NCBI GenBank assembly: GCA_951406725.2
Contig: OX597819.1
Location: 69,378,001 to 69,442,000 of the forward strand
DNA from: Octopus vulgaris
Taxonomy: Eukaryota
Direction: 5' to 3'
DNA length: 64,000 nucleotides
Shown here: in pieces, positions 34,465 through 48,735 of the stretch
How positions within the stretch are numbered: position 1 is the stretch's first letter
How the letters are laid out: the number at the start of each line of letters is the position of its first letter
The notes under the pieces: model-generated
What the model saw: only the letters and a program-made list of their open reading frames with translations
What the model was told of the DNA's origin: nothing
The model's database searches: none
Position numbers and translations under genes: made by a program

Positions 34465-35150
34465 AATGCGGCGCGCTGGTAGAATTATTAGCGCGCTGGA
34501 CGAAATATTTTACGGTATTTCGCCCGTCGCTACATTCTGAATTTAAATTCCGCCGAGGTTGACTTCACCTTTCATCCTTTCGGGGTTGATAACATACGTA
34601 CCACTTGAACACTGAGGTCGATGTAATCGATTCATCCCCTCCCCTCAAAAAACTGCTGCCCTTGTGGCAAAATTTGAAACCATTAATTTTCGTTAGTGCG
34701 GCGAGCTGGCAGAATTGTTAGCACGCCGGTAAAAATGTTTTGCGTTATTTTCTCCGTCTCTACATCCTGAGTTTAAATTCTACCGAGGTAGACTGCCTTT
34801 CATACATTTTGGGGTCCATAGAATAAGTACCAGTTGAACGCTGGCGGGGGGGAGGTCTTAAGCCTCCTTCGAACTTGCTAGCCTAGTGCCCAAATATAAA
34901 ACCAATGCCAATTCTTTCTTAAGGCGCTGACCCAGCAGAATCGTTGGCCTGCCGGAAAGAAAATGCTTAACCACATTGCGTCTGCGTCTAGGTTCCGAGT
35001 TCAAATTCGTCCTCCGACGTAGACTTCGCCTTTCAATTATTTCGGGGCCAATAAAAAATAGAGTGCCTGTTGAACGTTGGGTTTCAGGTCATAGTTTTAC
35101 ATCTTTCCCCGAAATTTCTGGACTCATGCCAAATTTCCAAACTAATATGA
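34465..35150 (+). mobile_element. Three tandem family A SINEs (starting about 34465, 34697, 34920)
   Basis: Heads gcggcgcgctggtagaattattagc, gcggcgagctggcagaattgttagc and ggcgctgacccagcagaatcgttgg, each followed by the core. Confidence 0.85.
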
Positions 35151-35879
35151 ATTTCCCTTAGTAATAGCTTTAGAAATAGAATTGAATGGTTGCGTGGTGC
35201 CATTTATTTGAATCTCAATCGCTTTGTGAATATTGTTGCTCTTCTAGTTGTTGCTGTTGTTTATATTACACTCGATGATTTTGCTGCCGAGGTTGTTGCT
35301 CTTGAAGGTGACATCCTACTGAAATGATCAATTTTAATAAACTATTATGAAAGGAGCTAGAATTGTTAATAGCTATTAGGTTGTCAAAGATTGTGAAACT
35401 ACTGTGTTGAAGATGTCATTTGAGGAAAAACATACATATTAAAAGGATACCACCACCATCATCATCATCGTCGTCATCATCAACCTCATCATCGTCATCA
35501 TTTTTGTCATATCGTCGACATCGTTATCTTCGTCCTCCTCCTCATCCTTATCATCATCATTCTCATCAACATCACTCTCATCATCACGGCCATAATTATC
35601 AACATCAACAATGCTACCAACATGTTCATCGTCCTCTTTTACTATTCAACCTAGGTGATATATGGTCGTCTTCCATGCTAGAAATAATAGCGAAATATCC
35701 TTTATATATTTCCCGAGGATAGAAGCTTCAAAGGGGGTCGAGAACGTTATTCGGAGCAACAATTTTGTCATTGATGGAAAAGTAACAAAACCTGTTAGCA
35801 CAACCATTACTCAAGTCTCAAGAAACGAATAAAAACGTAGATTTACATTTTCACACACTAGTACACAAACACATACACA

Positions 35880-36161
35880 CATATATGTATGCATGTATGT
35901 ATGTATGTATGTAAGTATGTGCACATATATATGCATGCATCCATGTATGCATGTATGCATGTGTGTATGTGTGTATGTGTATGTATGTACGTACGTATGT
36001 ATGTACATATGTACGTACGTGTGTATGCATGCATGTATGCGTGCATGCGTGTGTGTATGTATGTAGGTATACATGTATGCATGTATGCATGTGTGCGTAT
36101 ATATATGTATGGCTATATATTTATGTATGTGTGCGTGTATGCAGGTATGCATGTGTGTATG

Positions 36162-36192
<31 letters not shown>

Positions 36193-36280
36193 GTAGGTAT
36201 GCATGTATGTTTGTATATCAGTATGCATGTAAGTATGTATGTATGTATGTATATATGTATGCATGTATGTGTCTATGTGT
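35880..36280. repeat. (TATG)n-like degenerate microsatellite
   Basis: Directly visible. Confidence 0.9.
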
Positions 36281-36526
36281 AGGTGAGGCGTGTGTCTAAG
36301 GGATTTCGGCGTTGCAGTCATCATTGTAAGATTCTGCTTTCGACTACACAACTCGGTGGTGTACTTGAAAAAAATACTTATTTCACATTGTTCCAATCCA
36401 CTCAGATGACAAAAGGATTAATCCTACGCTCAATATATCAAGGCGAGGGAGATATACTCTACAGATTCTTGGAAACTGGATTTATGAGTCTATGGCTCCT
36501 GAAGAACTTACAATACATTTGGTTTT

Positions 36527-37130
<604 letters not shown>

Positions 37131-37133
<3 letters not shown>

Positions 37134-37260
37134 CACGGGCCTCTTTCAGTTTCTGTCTGCGAAATCGACTCCCATCGCTTTGGTCGACCCGCAGTGGGAT
37201 TGAACCTGGAACTATGTGGTTGGTAAGCAAGCTCCTTACCACGCACCCACTCCTGCGCCT
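37131..37260 (-). mobile_element. Family B SINE 5' part
   Basis: gggattgaacctggaactatgtggttggtaagcaagctccttaccacgcacccactcctgcgcct. Confidence 0.85.
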
Positions 37261-37979
37261 ACTTTGTGTGTATACACATATATATGTATATACGTATGTG
37301 TACGTGTATGTATATATGTGTGTCTGTGTCTGTGTCTGTATTTATATATATATATATACACACATATATACTTACACACCCACACAGTATATATATATAT
37401 ATATATGCACTCACACCTCACACACCCACACAATGTTCGCATTGAATATGTTATAGAAATATAGGTGTTTGAAACTGTTCGAATAGACAGCATTGAAAGG
37501 GAATAGAAGAGGTCAAAACTTTAATATTTGTTTTCTCTAAATGACAAATCAAGCTAGTGAAATCTTGACTTCCGTTGACCTTTCACCTCGCCTGACCCAA
37601 CCTTTGAAAGTTTGACTCCTTTGACCTCATGAGTTATGTCGTTCTTACATTCAGTCTTTGTAGCCTTTCGCTGTGTGTATTATTTCAGCGGCCATGTTGA
37701 TTAATCTAACATTGCTTCATGAATCATTGTAATTATATTCCTGAGTTTCTATGTGTAATTTGTACGTTTGTAGTTTAGTTTTGTTTGCAAGTTATGTAAC
37801 TAGGCACTCTGTATGCATATGTAATTGTGTTTGTGTCTATGTTCGCGCGAATCTATGTGCGTTTGCGGTTATGTAAGACGGTGTCTTCGTATATGTATTT
37901 ATTATTTCGATGAACCAGATTATGTGTGGTAATACACTTCTTAGACTCTCCGTATCAGTATTGATACACGACGAATGTA

Positions 37980-38397
37980 CAATGATCCCTTGACTATCGC
38001 GGCCGTTATGTTCCAAAAACACCTGCGATGTTCCAAAAACATCCGCGGAGTAGAATGTGTTGTACTGTATATATTTCTTTATTATTTTTATAAGTTGTAT
38101 ATATTATATGTAATTCTTTGTTTACTCAAGTATGATACACTACGTATTTTCTGTATATTTTAATTAATGTGTTCTACAGTGCAGTACTGTACTGTATTTT
38201 TATTAATTAATCTATCAATTTTTAGGCGCGTAAATGCTTATTTTACCACGGAAATAATTAAAATCTAAAATCATAAAATACCATCGGCCTCAGAAACCCG
38301 CGACAGAAGTGCCGGCAATATAAGTTCACATATATTAGCCAGAAAAATCCGCGACAAGTGTGTGATAGGTGAACCGTGATATGTCAAGTAGCTACTG
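37980..38397. mobile_element. Tigger/pogo-like MITE
   Basis: TA-caatgatcccttgactatcgcgg ... ccgtgatatgtcaagtagctactg-TA, degenerate TIRs. Confidence 0.65.
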
Positions 38398-38509
38398 TAG
38401 TTCCTTGGGTTTTTTCGTAAGTTAATATTTTATGAATAGTTGTAAATGAACACGTTTTCTACGTTTGCTTTGGCGTAGTTTTGCGTCTTTGCTAATATAT
38501 TGGTTTTAC

Positions 38510-38702
38510 AGTTCTGTATTTAAGAGATGAGGAATTATGCATATTATTCACATCATTTACATTTGACGGATATTTGTCCTCATCTTGATAAATTTCCCCC
38601 AAGACACCTGATGAAGGCTGGAGGGTATATCCGCCGAAATGTTGTGTTAGCAACAAACAAGATGAGGACAAATATCTGTCAAATGTAAATAATGTAAATA
38701 AT
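38510..38702 (+). mobile_element. Hammerhead-bearing family E 3' part preceded by an inverted copy of its own tail
   Basis: atttacatttgacggatatttgtcctcatcttg (38555-38587) is inverted relative to caagatgaggacaaatatctgtcaaatgtaaat (38658-38690). Homologous to 47840-47945. Confidence 0.85.
38603..38648 (+). ncRNA. Minimal hammerhead motif (Penelope-type)
   Basis: gacac-CTGATGA-a-ggctg gagggtatat ccgcc-GAAA-tgtt-gtgtt. Stem I is gacac/gtgtt. Confidence 0.65.
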
Positions 38703-38724
38703 GGATATTGGTCTTGTTACACTT

Positions 38725-38919
38725 TTACTCATTTACTCTTTTACTTGTTTCAGTCATTTGACTGCGGCCATGCTGGAGCACCGCCTTTTGTCGAGCAAAT
38801 CGACCCTAGAACTTATTCTTGGTAAGCCTAGTACTTATTCTATAGGTCTCTTTTGCCGAATCGCTAAGTTACTGGGACGTAAACATACCAGCATCGGTTG
38901 TCAAGCGTTGTTGAGGGGA

Positions 38920-38977
<58 letters not shown>

Positions 38978-39120
38978 GATATATACATACGAGGGGCTTC
39001 TTTCAGTTTCTGTCTACCAACTCCACTCACAAGGCTTTGGTCGGCCCGAGGCTATATTTGAAGACACTTGACCATGTGGTTGGTAAGGAAGCTATTTACC
39101 ACACAGCCACTCCTGCGCCT
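38725..39120 (-). mobile_element. Family B SINE, near full length, with internal (CA)n
   Basis: Minus head aggcgcaggagtggctgtgtggtaaatagcttcc, CORE-like caagtgtcttc..atagcctcggg, tail ccgcagtcaaatgactgaaacaagtaaaagag. Confidence 0.9.
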
Positions 39121-39174
39121 GTTGTTAAATTTTGGAACACATCACGTATATGTAATGTTACTAATCTTTTTACC

Positions 39175-39397
39175 TTTTATCTTTTTCTTGTTTGAATTAT
39201 CAGACTGCGGCCATGCTTGGGCACCGCCTTCAAGAATTACTCTAGTCCAACGTATCAACCTTGGTACTTATATTTCGGGCACTGTATCGGTTTTTTCTAT
39301 TTTTCTGGCCGAGCGGTTAAGTTACAGGGAAGTAGACGCGCCAACACCAGTTCTCAAGCGTTAGCCTAGGACAAACATAGACGCAAACACAGACTCA

Positions 39398-39400
<3 letters not shown>
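39175..39400 (-). mobile_element. Family B SINE 3' half
   Basis: gactgcggccatgcttgggcaccgcc...gccgagcggttaagttacaggg, followed by (CA)n at 39400-39508. Confidence 0.75.
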
Positions 39401-39480
<80 letters not shown>

Positions 39481-39865
39481 ACACACACATACACACACAC
39501 ACACACACTTTAAGTGTCTTTGACACAGAAAGCGAAATCAATTGATATTGGGATATCTACTTTCCTATTTCTAGTTTTACAAATGGGAACGACTAACTCC
39601 TTTCGTGGTATATTTGCTACATTCTTAGTGCCTGTTTACATATAGTGAGAGACGCGTGGCTTTGGAGGGTTTTAACTCTCCATATTAGCAAACAGGTCCA
39701 TATTTTACCCTGACGTTTAATATATATTTAGCATAATTTGCATATTCGGTCGTTTGCTAGCCACTTAATCATTATTTTTTTAAAATACTGATAACTTACT
39801 CGAATTTTGAATATATATAAATATATATATGTATGTATATACATCTGTGTGTCTGTGTGTGTGTA

Positions 39866-39867
39866 TG

Positions 39868-39942
<75 letters not shown>
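39866..39942. repeat. (GATA)n microsatellite
   Basis: Directly visible. Confidence 0.98.
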
Positions 39943-40199
39943 TTATACATGTTATGTAGGTAGCTCGCATTGCATGTATTTATGTGAGTGGCCATCTGAA
40001 CTGAGTTTTTCTTGTGATATGTTTAACTCTGTATGCTTAAATCTGAATTAGTATGTTGTAATCCAAATATGACACAATGACGCATAAATTTCACACTCTA
40101 GTTGATAGAATAATTATCTCCACTGCTGTTTCATTGACATAAAAGAGCATATGTTATATAACTAATTCAAATACATAATTAATTTAAAAGGAAAGGGCA

Positions 40200-40720
40200 A
40201 GATCAACTCCTAATGGTGGTTTAGAGAAAGTTATCCGAAAGGATTACTGGGGTAGTGATAAACAGGAAGAAAGTCTGAGAACTAATTACACCAAGTACCA
40301 AGTAGATATGAACAGTGAATCGCCTCTTTGTAGGATGTACGGCAGCGAAATCGAAATGATTTCACATGTTGTGCGTGTAGGAAACTGGCCCAAACCCGAC
40401 AAATGGAGGCACGTTAACGTGGCTAAGTTTGTTCAGTGGAGATTGTGTGAGAAGTAGAGTTTGGGCACAGTACGGAAATGGTACGAACATGAACCAGAGT
40501 GTGTCACTGAGAACAGTGAATAGAAGATCTTGTGGGATTTCACATTCAAGTGTGATTCCCTAATCAATGCTCAAAGACCAGACACTGTTGCTGTAGATAA
40601 AGGAAAAAAAAAAGTTCCTAAATATTGCCGTACCTTGGGATACAAGCGTAGGTGAAAAAAAGCCGTAAAAGATGTACAAAGACGTAATTGCAAAAATGGG
40701 GGCAATAAAAAAGTAATTTT
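40200..40720 (+). mobile_element. Old R4/Dong 3' remnant
   Basis: LCRMYGSEIEMISHVV, KWRHVNVAKFVQWRLCEK, WYEHEPECVTEN, KILWDF, RPDTVAVDK, IAVPWD. Confidence 0.8.
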
Positions 40721-41929
40721 GACACATTGGATTGTAATGTAGCAAAATTATTCTCCACTTATACCTATGTAAATACACATTGTTTTAGGCTGTGAATGAG
40801 GCTATTAGATCGTACTTCGCATGCATTTCTGCGTCCTTCCACTTCGTCAGCTGCAAACACTAAACCAGTCGCACCCAGCTCAGTAAGAACATAGTTGAAC
40901 TTACGAGAAATCTCAATGTAAAATATTTTGGTAGAGTGGGTTTGTGTACCACTCCTTAATACGGTTTTTAATATAAATATGCTAACATACTTTTTCACTA
41001 CTTATTTTTCTGCACATGAGTAAAAGTGCATAGAATCTGTACTGGTTTGAATTATCTTATCCCCAAACCATAAGGTAGATTAAGTTAAATATTCATTATG
41101 CAGCTAATCATATTAGTGGTCATAATCATCTCAGTTATTTCAGTGTAACTACACAAATGCACAAATTTTACAGGTGTGCTTAATTATTTAAAACCAATAC
41201 GTGAGATGCAAGGTAATTTGAGAATAATGTTATTAAGAATGAATTATAGGCTAGAATATTTAATACTCAATCTTAAAGAGGTAAAATAATACTCTACAAA
41301 GTATTGTTACGTGGGGTGATTTTACATGTAACAAGAGGTCGATAATTTCGAAATGGAAAAAAAAAATCGTTGTAGCGATCGGAAATCAATAACATGATTT
41401 CGATAATGGTAAGAGGTATGGAAATAAGGTAAGAGTATAAAGCAAAATTATTGCATGATAAGTGTTGAATAATGATTAAATAGAATGTCTTATTCAAAAT
41501 ACGACGCAAACGTGTTTCTTGTGGGTGCGTTACTCAGGAATTTCAGCTATACTCTAAATCTTGTCGTAATGATATGTTCAACACATGTTTCATAGCTGCA
41601 GGTTAAAGTAGTAACTTTGGTTCGATGATAAAATAATAAAAATAATTCATTTGAATTTAATGTTTTCTCATTAATTATGTTAAGTGTTCTTTCCGTTAAA
41701 CGTCTATCAGAAATTCCAGTGCCAAAAATGTTTGAGAAATGTAATGGTGGTATTGGAATAGCTTTATATGTAGAAATGATTGACTATTATAATCATTGTT
41801 TTGACAGTCATAGGTACACATACACACACATTCACACACACCCTCGCGTACACGCACATAATTGAACACACACACATACCCACATACACATATCTAAGGT
41901 TTATTGAATGATAAATAGCTTAATTGTAG

Positions 41930-43170
41930 TGTATTTGACTGTCGTAAATTTTCAAATCGAAACGATTTGACGTAGAGGGTAGAGAGGTTGATAACAAGAG
42001 ATCAAAGAACAGTAGAGAGAAAGATGAGAAGAGACAAACACAGATATTTTGAAGATAAAGCTGATGATTTTCAAAACCAATTAAACCATAATGACACAAG
42101 AAAGGCACACAACTTTGTCGAAGCCCTCAAAGAAAGGATTCCAACCAAAGCAGGGAAACATCAAAGATTCAGAGGCTAAAGTGCTAGTTGAGCTACGAAA
42201 TATTCTCAAATGATAGAAATAATACGAAGGAAGTTTATATCAAGACTATGACTCCTCGAAATCGGAAGAAGCTTATTGCGATGAGCTATTGGTCTTCATA
42301 GCAAAATTATACGAGTTCATATTTGAAAACTTTCAAAAAGAAAAAAACAAAACAGTACTATTGGAATTGATAATCTAATTGCAGAACTATTAAAAATAAC
42401 CAATCCGATGTTCTGTAAAGTATACATAAACCCTCAAGAGGTAACGAATTCACCAGTCATCAACCCTTGGGAAAATATTACTGTACAGAGTAAAAGAAGC
42501 ACATTGAGTGGAGACCAACTGGACGTCAATACAAGGAAGTCAAACGTCATGGCAACGACAAAAACACCCGAGTAACTCAATATCATATACTAAAGAGTTA
42601 CCTTAGAAAACGTCTCCAAATTCAGTTATCTGGGTGTTATCAAAGAACAACCAGGAGACCAAGATCGCAGACGTTGGGCAGCGAAATCAATACAATCTGA
42701 AAATACAGAGCTCTTAACAAAGACAACAAATTACAGTTCAGTAATTTGGTGTACTAATTTGGCTTGTACGGTGCGGATGTGACAACTGGACACCAAGAGG
42801 AAACAAGATTGCCCAGCTTAAATATTCTGAAACAACGTTCAATGGACTGGGCATTGAAAAAATGAATTAGTAAGTGAGGAAGTGGGGGCAGAAAGGGAAT
42901 TTTTAGCCAATGCCAGGGATATAAAACTGCAGTGATTTGGGCATGTCCTCAGGGCCCACAACCTCAGCACCCACATCTTAGAGGGACGAGTAAATGGGAA
43001 TGGAAGAGGCGTGTGGTCAAAAAGGTAGTGGTCATATAGCATCAAAGAATGGTCGGACAGAGAATGCTTGGTTGAATGCACAACTACGGCGACAGGAATG
43101 AATCAATGGAAAGAGATGGTGCTTCAGTCCATCGTCCCTCAACTCTGTGCAAAAAGAATGAGAATAGGCA
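41930..43170 (+). mobile_element. Degraded RTE-clade LINE
   Basis: KMRRDKHRYFEDKADD, LENVSKFSYLG, KLQ*FGHVLRA..THILEGRVNG..R..KR*WSYSIKEWS. Confidence 0.75.
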
Positions 43171-45329
43171 AGACAAGAAGGTCAGCACTTTCTCGTGTAG
43201 ATTATGTATGGACAACTGTAAAATTCTGTGAAATTCTGAGAGGGAAGGGTCAATTAGCAAAATATATTTTAGTAGAATTGTTTCGATGTTGACAAAGTGA
43301 GGCTGTTTCTTTCGAATTAGGACGGCGGAAGTTGCTGTTAATCTTGTTTGTCAGACACAATCGGTAAAGTTGGTTTGTAGAAATATTTTGAAATAAATTA
43401 TGCTAAAGGAACACATGATTCCACTTTATTAAATATCTTATAAAATGTATCTTTTATGCTATTGTGGAATATAATGGAGTTCATTTTAATTTAGTTTGAA
43501 ATAATTTAGTATGGCTACAACTGAGAGGGATCAGCGTGGCGCATACATTGTTAGTTCAGGAGACTGGAGACAATTCCAATACTGAGAGTAATATGGAAAC
43601 CAAAAGCTACGGGCTGTAGGTTATCAGTGGGTTCGTGTTAAACAATGTATATGACGTATGTGGGTCCAGATCCCACGAAAGTCAACTTTAGCATTCATCC
43701 TTTCGATGTCGATAAATAAATACCAGTTCTGTACTTGGTCGATTCTTGCCTTTCTCTACCGTTCGCTATTCTGGAAGAAATCGATAGTAGCAAAATACTA
43801 GAGAAGGATTTTCTAAAATCCAGTATGTCACGATGTCACCCAGCAAGAAATTTATGTCAATTGCTTGCCTTGACATAGATGTAAATTGAACGTCTGTCGC
43901 TTTTCCTACCAAGTAAACCAACTGTTCGGTTACGGAACTACAAACTCATTATATTATAATCGAAGTGGTTGAGTATTCCACGGTACCTTCTTCTCTACAA
44001 TCTATTCCCATGAAGAATCTGTGTCACCCAATGTGTAGCAAAGTGGGCCTTCTCTATTATACGTACTGTACATTCTGTTGACCTCCACGTGCTCACCGTA
44101 ACCATGTTTAATACACACAGCTTCGATCGCTCTTTGTATGGAGTGAATGAAACAGAATGTAATTCTTCACACTGAATCTATACACTTTGATCAACCTTAG
44201 CACCTCATGAACGCAAATCGAACTCCTTAATAACATGCCAAGCTTGACTACATATGCGTCCACATATATTGACTTTTATCTTTATCCTATATAATTTTAT
44301 GCCTAAAAATATTTAGTGCAAATATAAATGTATTTGTAAGACAGTGTATAGTTCCAAACTTTCTTGCCAGCACATGGACTTGGCTTCTTTTACATTAGAG
44401 TTAGGTATATATTGTATATTTTTTTGCTTCTTCCATTTAGTTAGAAAAAAAGTTACTAGAAATAAAACTGTTGCGTGGTCTGTCAGCCTTACAACAATAA
44501 TAAAAACCAAATAAAAAAAAACAAAAACATATCAGTCATTTTAGAAGTAATGTTAGGAAAAGAGGTCCTAAAAAGCAAATTGTTAGGAAATGTTGCTAAA
44601 ATGCTTTTATAAAATGAATTATGTATCTATGATAAATATGAAAAACAAGAACCAAAAACACACCAATGCGTCCATGTTAGTTATATTTGTTTAGATTTAA
44701 CGCAACATTCTTACTTTTTTCCTAAAGTCCATCCAATCTTCTATTTTTATTTACAATATATGAGTCTGTGTATGTGTGTTTGTATATATAATATATAACT
44801 ACAACATATATATACAGTATAATATATAATATTTATGTATTACATGTATATATTATAATATATATTATATATACTTATATATAGTAGAAATATATATGTG
44901 TAAATATACAATAAACATATATAATATGAATATATATATTGTATATATGTATATATAATACAAATATATATTATATATATGTATGTAGATGTAAACATAT
45001 ATATGTATATATATATATATATATTATATTATATTATATTTTTGGTTTTATATAGAGATAGATTGATAGATACATAGACAGATAGATGGATGCACACATG
45101 TTTGTATACATGTGTTCGTGCATATTTGTGTATCTGCATTCCTTTCTAAAATATGTGGTAAGAAAGACACGAAGCTGTTATGGTTTATACTACACTAAGA
45201 TACTACCAACGCTTGGCAAGAGTGACGACGCTATCTTTTGGACGTCAAAGTCAGTTTTTTTTGCAAGAGGTATTTCATTTTCTTATATACGAATCTATAA
45301 CAGAATATCAATACGCGTATAATGACGTG

Positions 45330-45411
<82 letters not shown>

Positions 45412-45413
45412 CA

Positions 45414-45503
<90 letters not shown>
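45330..45503. repeat. (TATC)n + (TA)n
   Basis: Directly visible. Confidence 0.98.
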
Positions 45504-45507
<4 letters not shown>

Positions 45508-45930
45508 AGCAACTTATCTATGTCCTAACCTACTCAGGTTGTGGTTACAATTATGTGGCCCAAAAAACCCTTACTTTGAGATGCGGAGTCACGCTGCATA
45601 AAGAACAGATTCGTTTCCCTCAATACAGGCAGATAGCACTGAACAATCATATCGACAGATGCGCAAGTAATAAAACGCCGAATTTTCCTTTCTTCCCATT
45701 ATACCATTGCAAAGATTCAACCTCAATACAAGGACGTCTAAACAAGGTGCAGACCACACCTCAATATACAAATTTGACCATTAAAAAACAAAATTATACT
45801 AAGGAGCCAGTTGTCCCGGCTGCCACTTGTTACTTCTCTTGTTTCATTCTCTAGACTCTTTTCTACTACTTCAAACATCCAAAATGACGAAAGCCCTTTG
45901 TCACGGGAACTGCTTACTGTACAATATCCC
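45504..45930 (+). mobile_element. Penelope-like element 3' remnant (GIY-YIG endonuclease and 3' UTR)
   Basis: [42 protein letters not shown] (LIY..CxxC..YIG pattern). Decayed hammerhead-like tgacgaaagccc..gggaac at 45884-45912. Confidence 0.75.
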
Positions 45931-46529
45931 CTGAAAAGATAATTTAAATAGCGAAAACCGGTTGGATTTCACGACATCCGTATAATATGTATATATTTAT
46001 AAAAAGATATTAAACTATGTGAAACGAAGGCATTTCTCTTCCACTTCTTTAATATATTTTTGCTACATATGTCCAACCAATATATATATATACACACATT
46101 CATGAAGCAAAATGGATTTTCATAAACTATATTATTAAAAGTATCTTTAAAAAGGCACGCTAACAAAATCTTGAGAAAAATATTTTTATTTATGCGCTTC
46201 CCATAATTTTCTGCTCCTCAGACCCACGTATTAAATGTTAATCCGTATACAAGCATTGTTTTATGCCCGAGCCGTTGCAGAGTGAGATTTCCTAACAGCT
46301 TTATTTTAATTAGTTAGAAAAATATCATGAAAAGAATGTTTCTTTCCCTTTCTTTCAAATATATGGTGGATTTCATAGAAACGAGAATGTTATTTGCCAT
46401 TCTGTTACTCTGCATTTTAAAATATTATGTTTTTTTTTGCAATTCATTATTTTCAATTAAAGAATATCTCTTGTCAAATGATATACCACTAAGACCTTTT
46501 TCTAAAACCTTTCTTAAATATGTGTGTAT

Positions 46530-46623
46530 ACATACATACATACAGACAGACAGACAGGCAGATAGACAGATACACAGACAGACAGACAGACAGACAGTTA
46601 GACAGTTAGACAGACAGAGAGAC

Positions 46624-46707
<84 letters not shown>

Positions 46708-46720
46708 TGATAGATAGATA
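46530..46720. repeat. (GACA)n/(GATA)n
   Basis: Directly visible. Confidence 0.97.
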
Positions 46721-47839
46721 AACACTAATATTTGTAAGAAGTCGTCTGTTCAAGCGTTGGTAAATATAATTATAATAGATTGAGTTACGTCCCTTTGATT
46801 GCTACAGATAGCCTGTTAATTCCGTCAAGCTTTTCCAGTCAGGAGGTGTACTAAAAACCAAACCAGAAGGAAAGTAAACTTTTCATATGGCAGAGGAATT
46901 GAAGAATAGCGAGGAGGACTCTCAAAAGTATTCTATTGGGATGGATATCTGGTTCTTCTTAGATTATGTATCATACGCAAGGATAAATATGGAGCACTGT
47001 CCGTATTGAGGGTAAACCTTCTAAAACAAATACGGCTACCCCATACGTTAATCTGGAGAAGCAAAATTCCGTGAAAAAAAAGTATGTTGTATCAGCCACC
47101 ATTTCTAAGACAGTCTCCGACAGAATAACTTCAGTAAGAGTCTGGCAACTGAAAGAAGTAAGAATTTAAAGTGAAATATTTGCTGCTAAGATTCAAATGT
47201 GAAAAACGAAGACGGTTGTAGTGCGGAATATACTTTACTAACCCTACTGCGATTGTTACTTCTCTTGAAAAGTGATTTATGAACCTTAGACGCATGGGGT
47301 GGGCGTTGTATTTGTGTCGTCGGTAAATTTGTGGGTTGTATCGTTGAAATATCCCAACTTCCTCAGATGCTTGGCAGTGTGTAACAGACAGTAACTGCAT
47401 AATCCGTTGCTTCACACAATTATTTCTGTCATCAGATGATACAAAATTAAAAGCTAGCCCATATACGGTTACCAGTGGCTTTGCAACGGATGAAGAGTTG
47501 GTCATCACCAAATTTGATGATCAACCACAAGCATATAAATTTATTATCCAATTATCACACAAGGCTAGTAATCTTTAAGTTAGATAAGAGTTATTAGATT
47601 TTAACGATCGCAGTGTTTAACTGGTATTTATTTTATTGGTCCAAAAATCGGTGGATTTGCACTCAGAAGGTAAAAGAGCCGAAAGACATGCCACCAAGTA
47701 TTCATTCTATCGATTCGCTAACGAGTCCGCCATTTCGCCGCCTTCAAATTATTTACAGCAGAATCTACTACATAGATTTATACATGTCACCTGGGTTGTT
47801 ACCACTGGTTTTTAGCAATAATAGGCCTATCTTCAATAT

Positions 47840-47980
47840 TTACATTATTTATATTTGACGATATTTGTCCTCATCTTGTCTATTGTTAACACAACGTTTT
47901 GGCTGATATACACTCCAGCCTTCATCAGGTGGCTTGGGGAAATTTCCACCCAGGGTTCTCATTCCTAAGGTATTTTTCGA

Positions 47981-48031
<51 letters not shown>

Positions 48032-48118
48032 TTTTATTATTATATTTATTATTCGAGTCACTGCCTGGAATTGAACTCGAAATCTATGGGTTAATAGCCA
48101 GCGCTCTTAACCACTAGG
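47840..48118 (-). mobile_element. Family E: tRNA-headed SINE with internal (AAT)n and a 3' hammerhead motif
   Basis: Minus strand: tagtggttaagagcgctggct...gagttcaattccaggc (A/B boxes), then (aat)n, then cacCTGATGAaggctggagtgtatatcagccAAAAcgttgtgtt (47888-47933, G12 mutated), then a tail shared with 38650-38700. Confidence 0.85.
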
Positions 48119-48469
48119 GTCTATCATTGAAATAAAAATACCTTCATGGTCAATAATTGTTTGTTTAATTTATTATGTTGAACAAATTATTGTATTGTTT
48201 AAATGAATATAGATATTGAATTTAACCATAAACACTAGGTTCAAAGTTGTTCTCTTTGTTTAATCGGAGAACAACACGTACCTATCAGCTTTAGTATGAA
48301 GCATGAGCATCATCAACTATGTTTTGTTGTCCAGATTTCCTTCCTTCTCGATGGAGTATCCAGTCTACACGATTCAATATGTTTTCCTTCCTTTGTAAGA
48401 CACTGGGGTGTGATTGGAATGTAATTTCGCTGTAATTGTTGCAGATTAAACAAACAGTGGCTCCCTAGT

Positions 48470-48735
48470 GTTAGTCCGATCTTGTCATCATCATCATAAG
48501 TCCCTAGACGTTGCCCTTTCAATCTTAGGACTCATAAGTTTGCATGGTGTATAATTGACCAAGATCAAAATACACCCCAGCCGGTCTGGACACTATCCGT
48601 CCGTTGTATAGTGGTTAATTTACATCGTAGTGGACTGGGCTAACGTGAAATGAAGTGTTTTATTCCAGAACACAATGCACCCAAGTCTGGAAATCGAACC
48701 CATGATCATGCGATTGTGAGTTTCACACCCCCATA
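48470..48735 (-). mobile_element. Degenerate tRNA-derived SINE (family C-like head)
   Basis: gaaatgaagtgttttattccagaacacaatgcac...ggaaatcgaaccc. Confidence 0.55.

Noticed and set aside
35420-35722. Ser/His-rich ORF
   Set aside because: It is a degenerate (CAT)n trinucleotide tract with no coding support.
40789-40882. Candidate exon (ttttag...ca|gtaaga)
   Set aside because: Splice-like edges, but stops in all three frames and no recognisable domain.
48055-48118. tRNA genes (also 2165-2238, 6195-6262, 56060-56135)
   Set aside because: A/B boxes are present but the cloverleafs are degenerate and attached to repeat bodies, so these are SINE heads.
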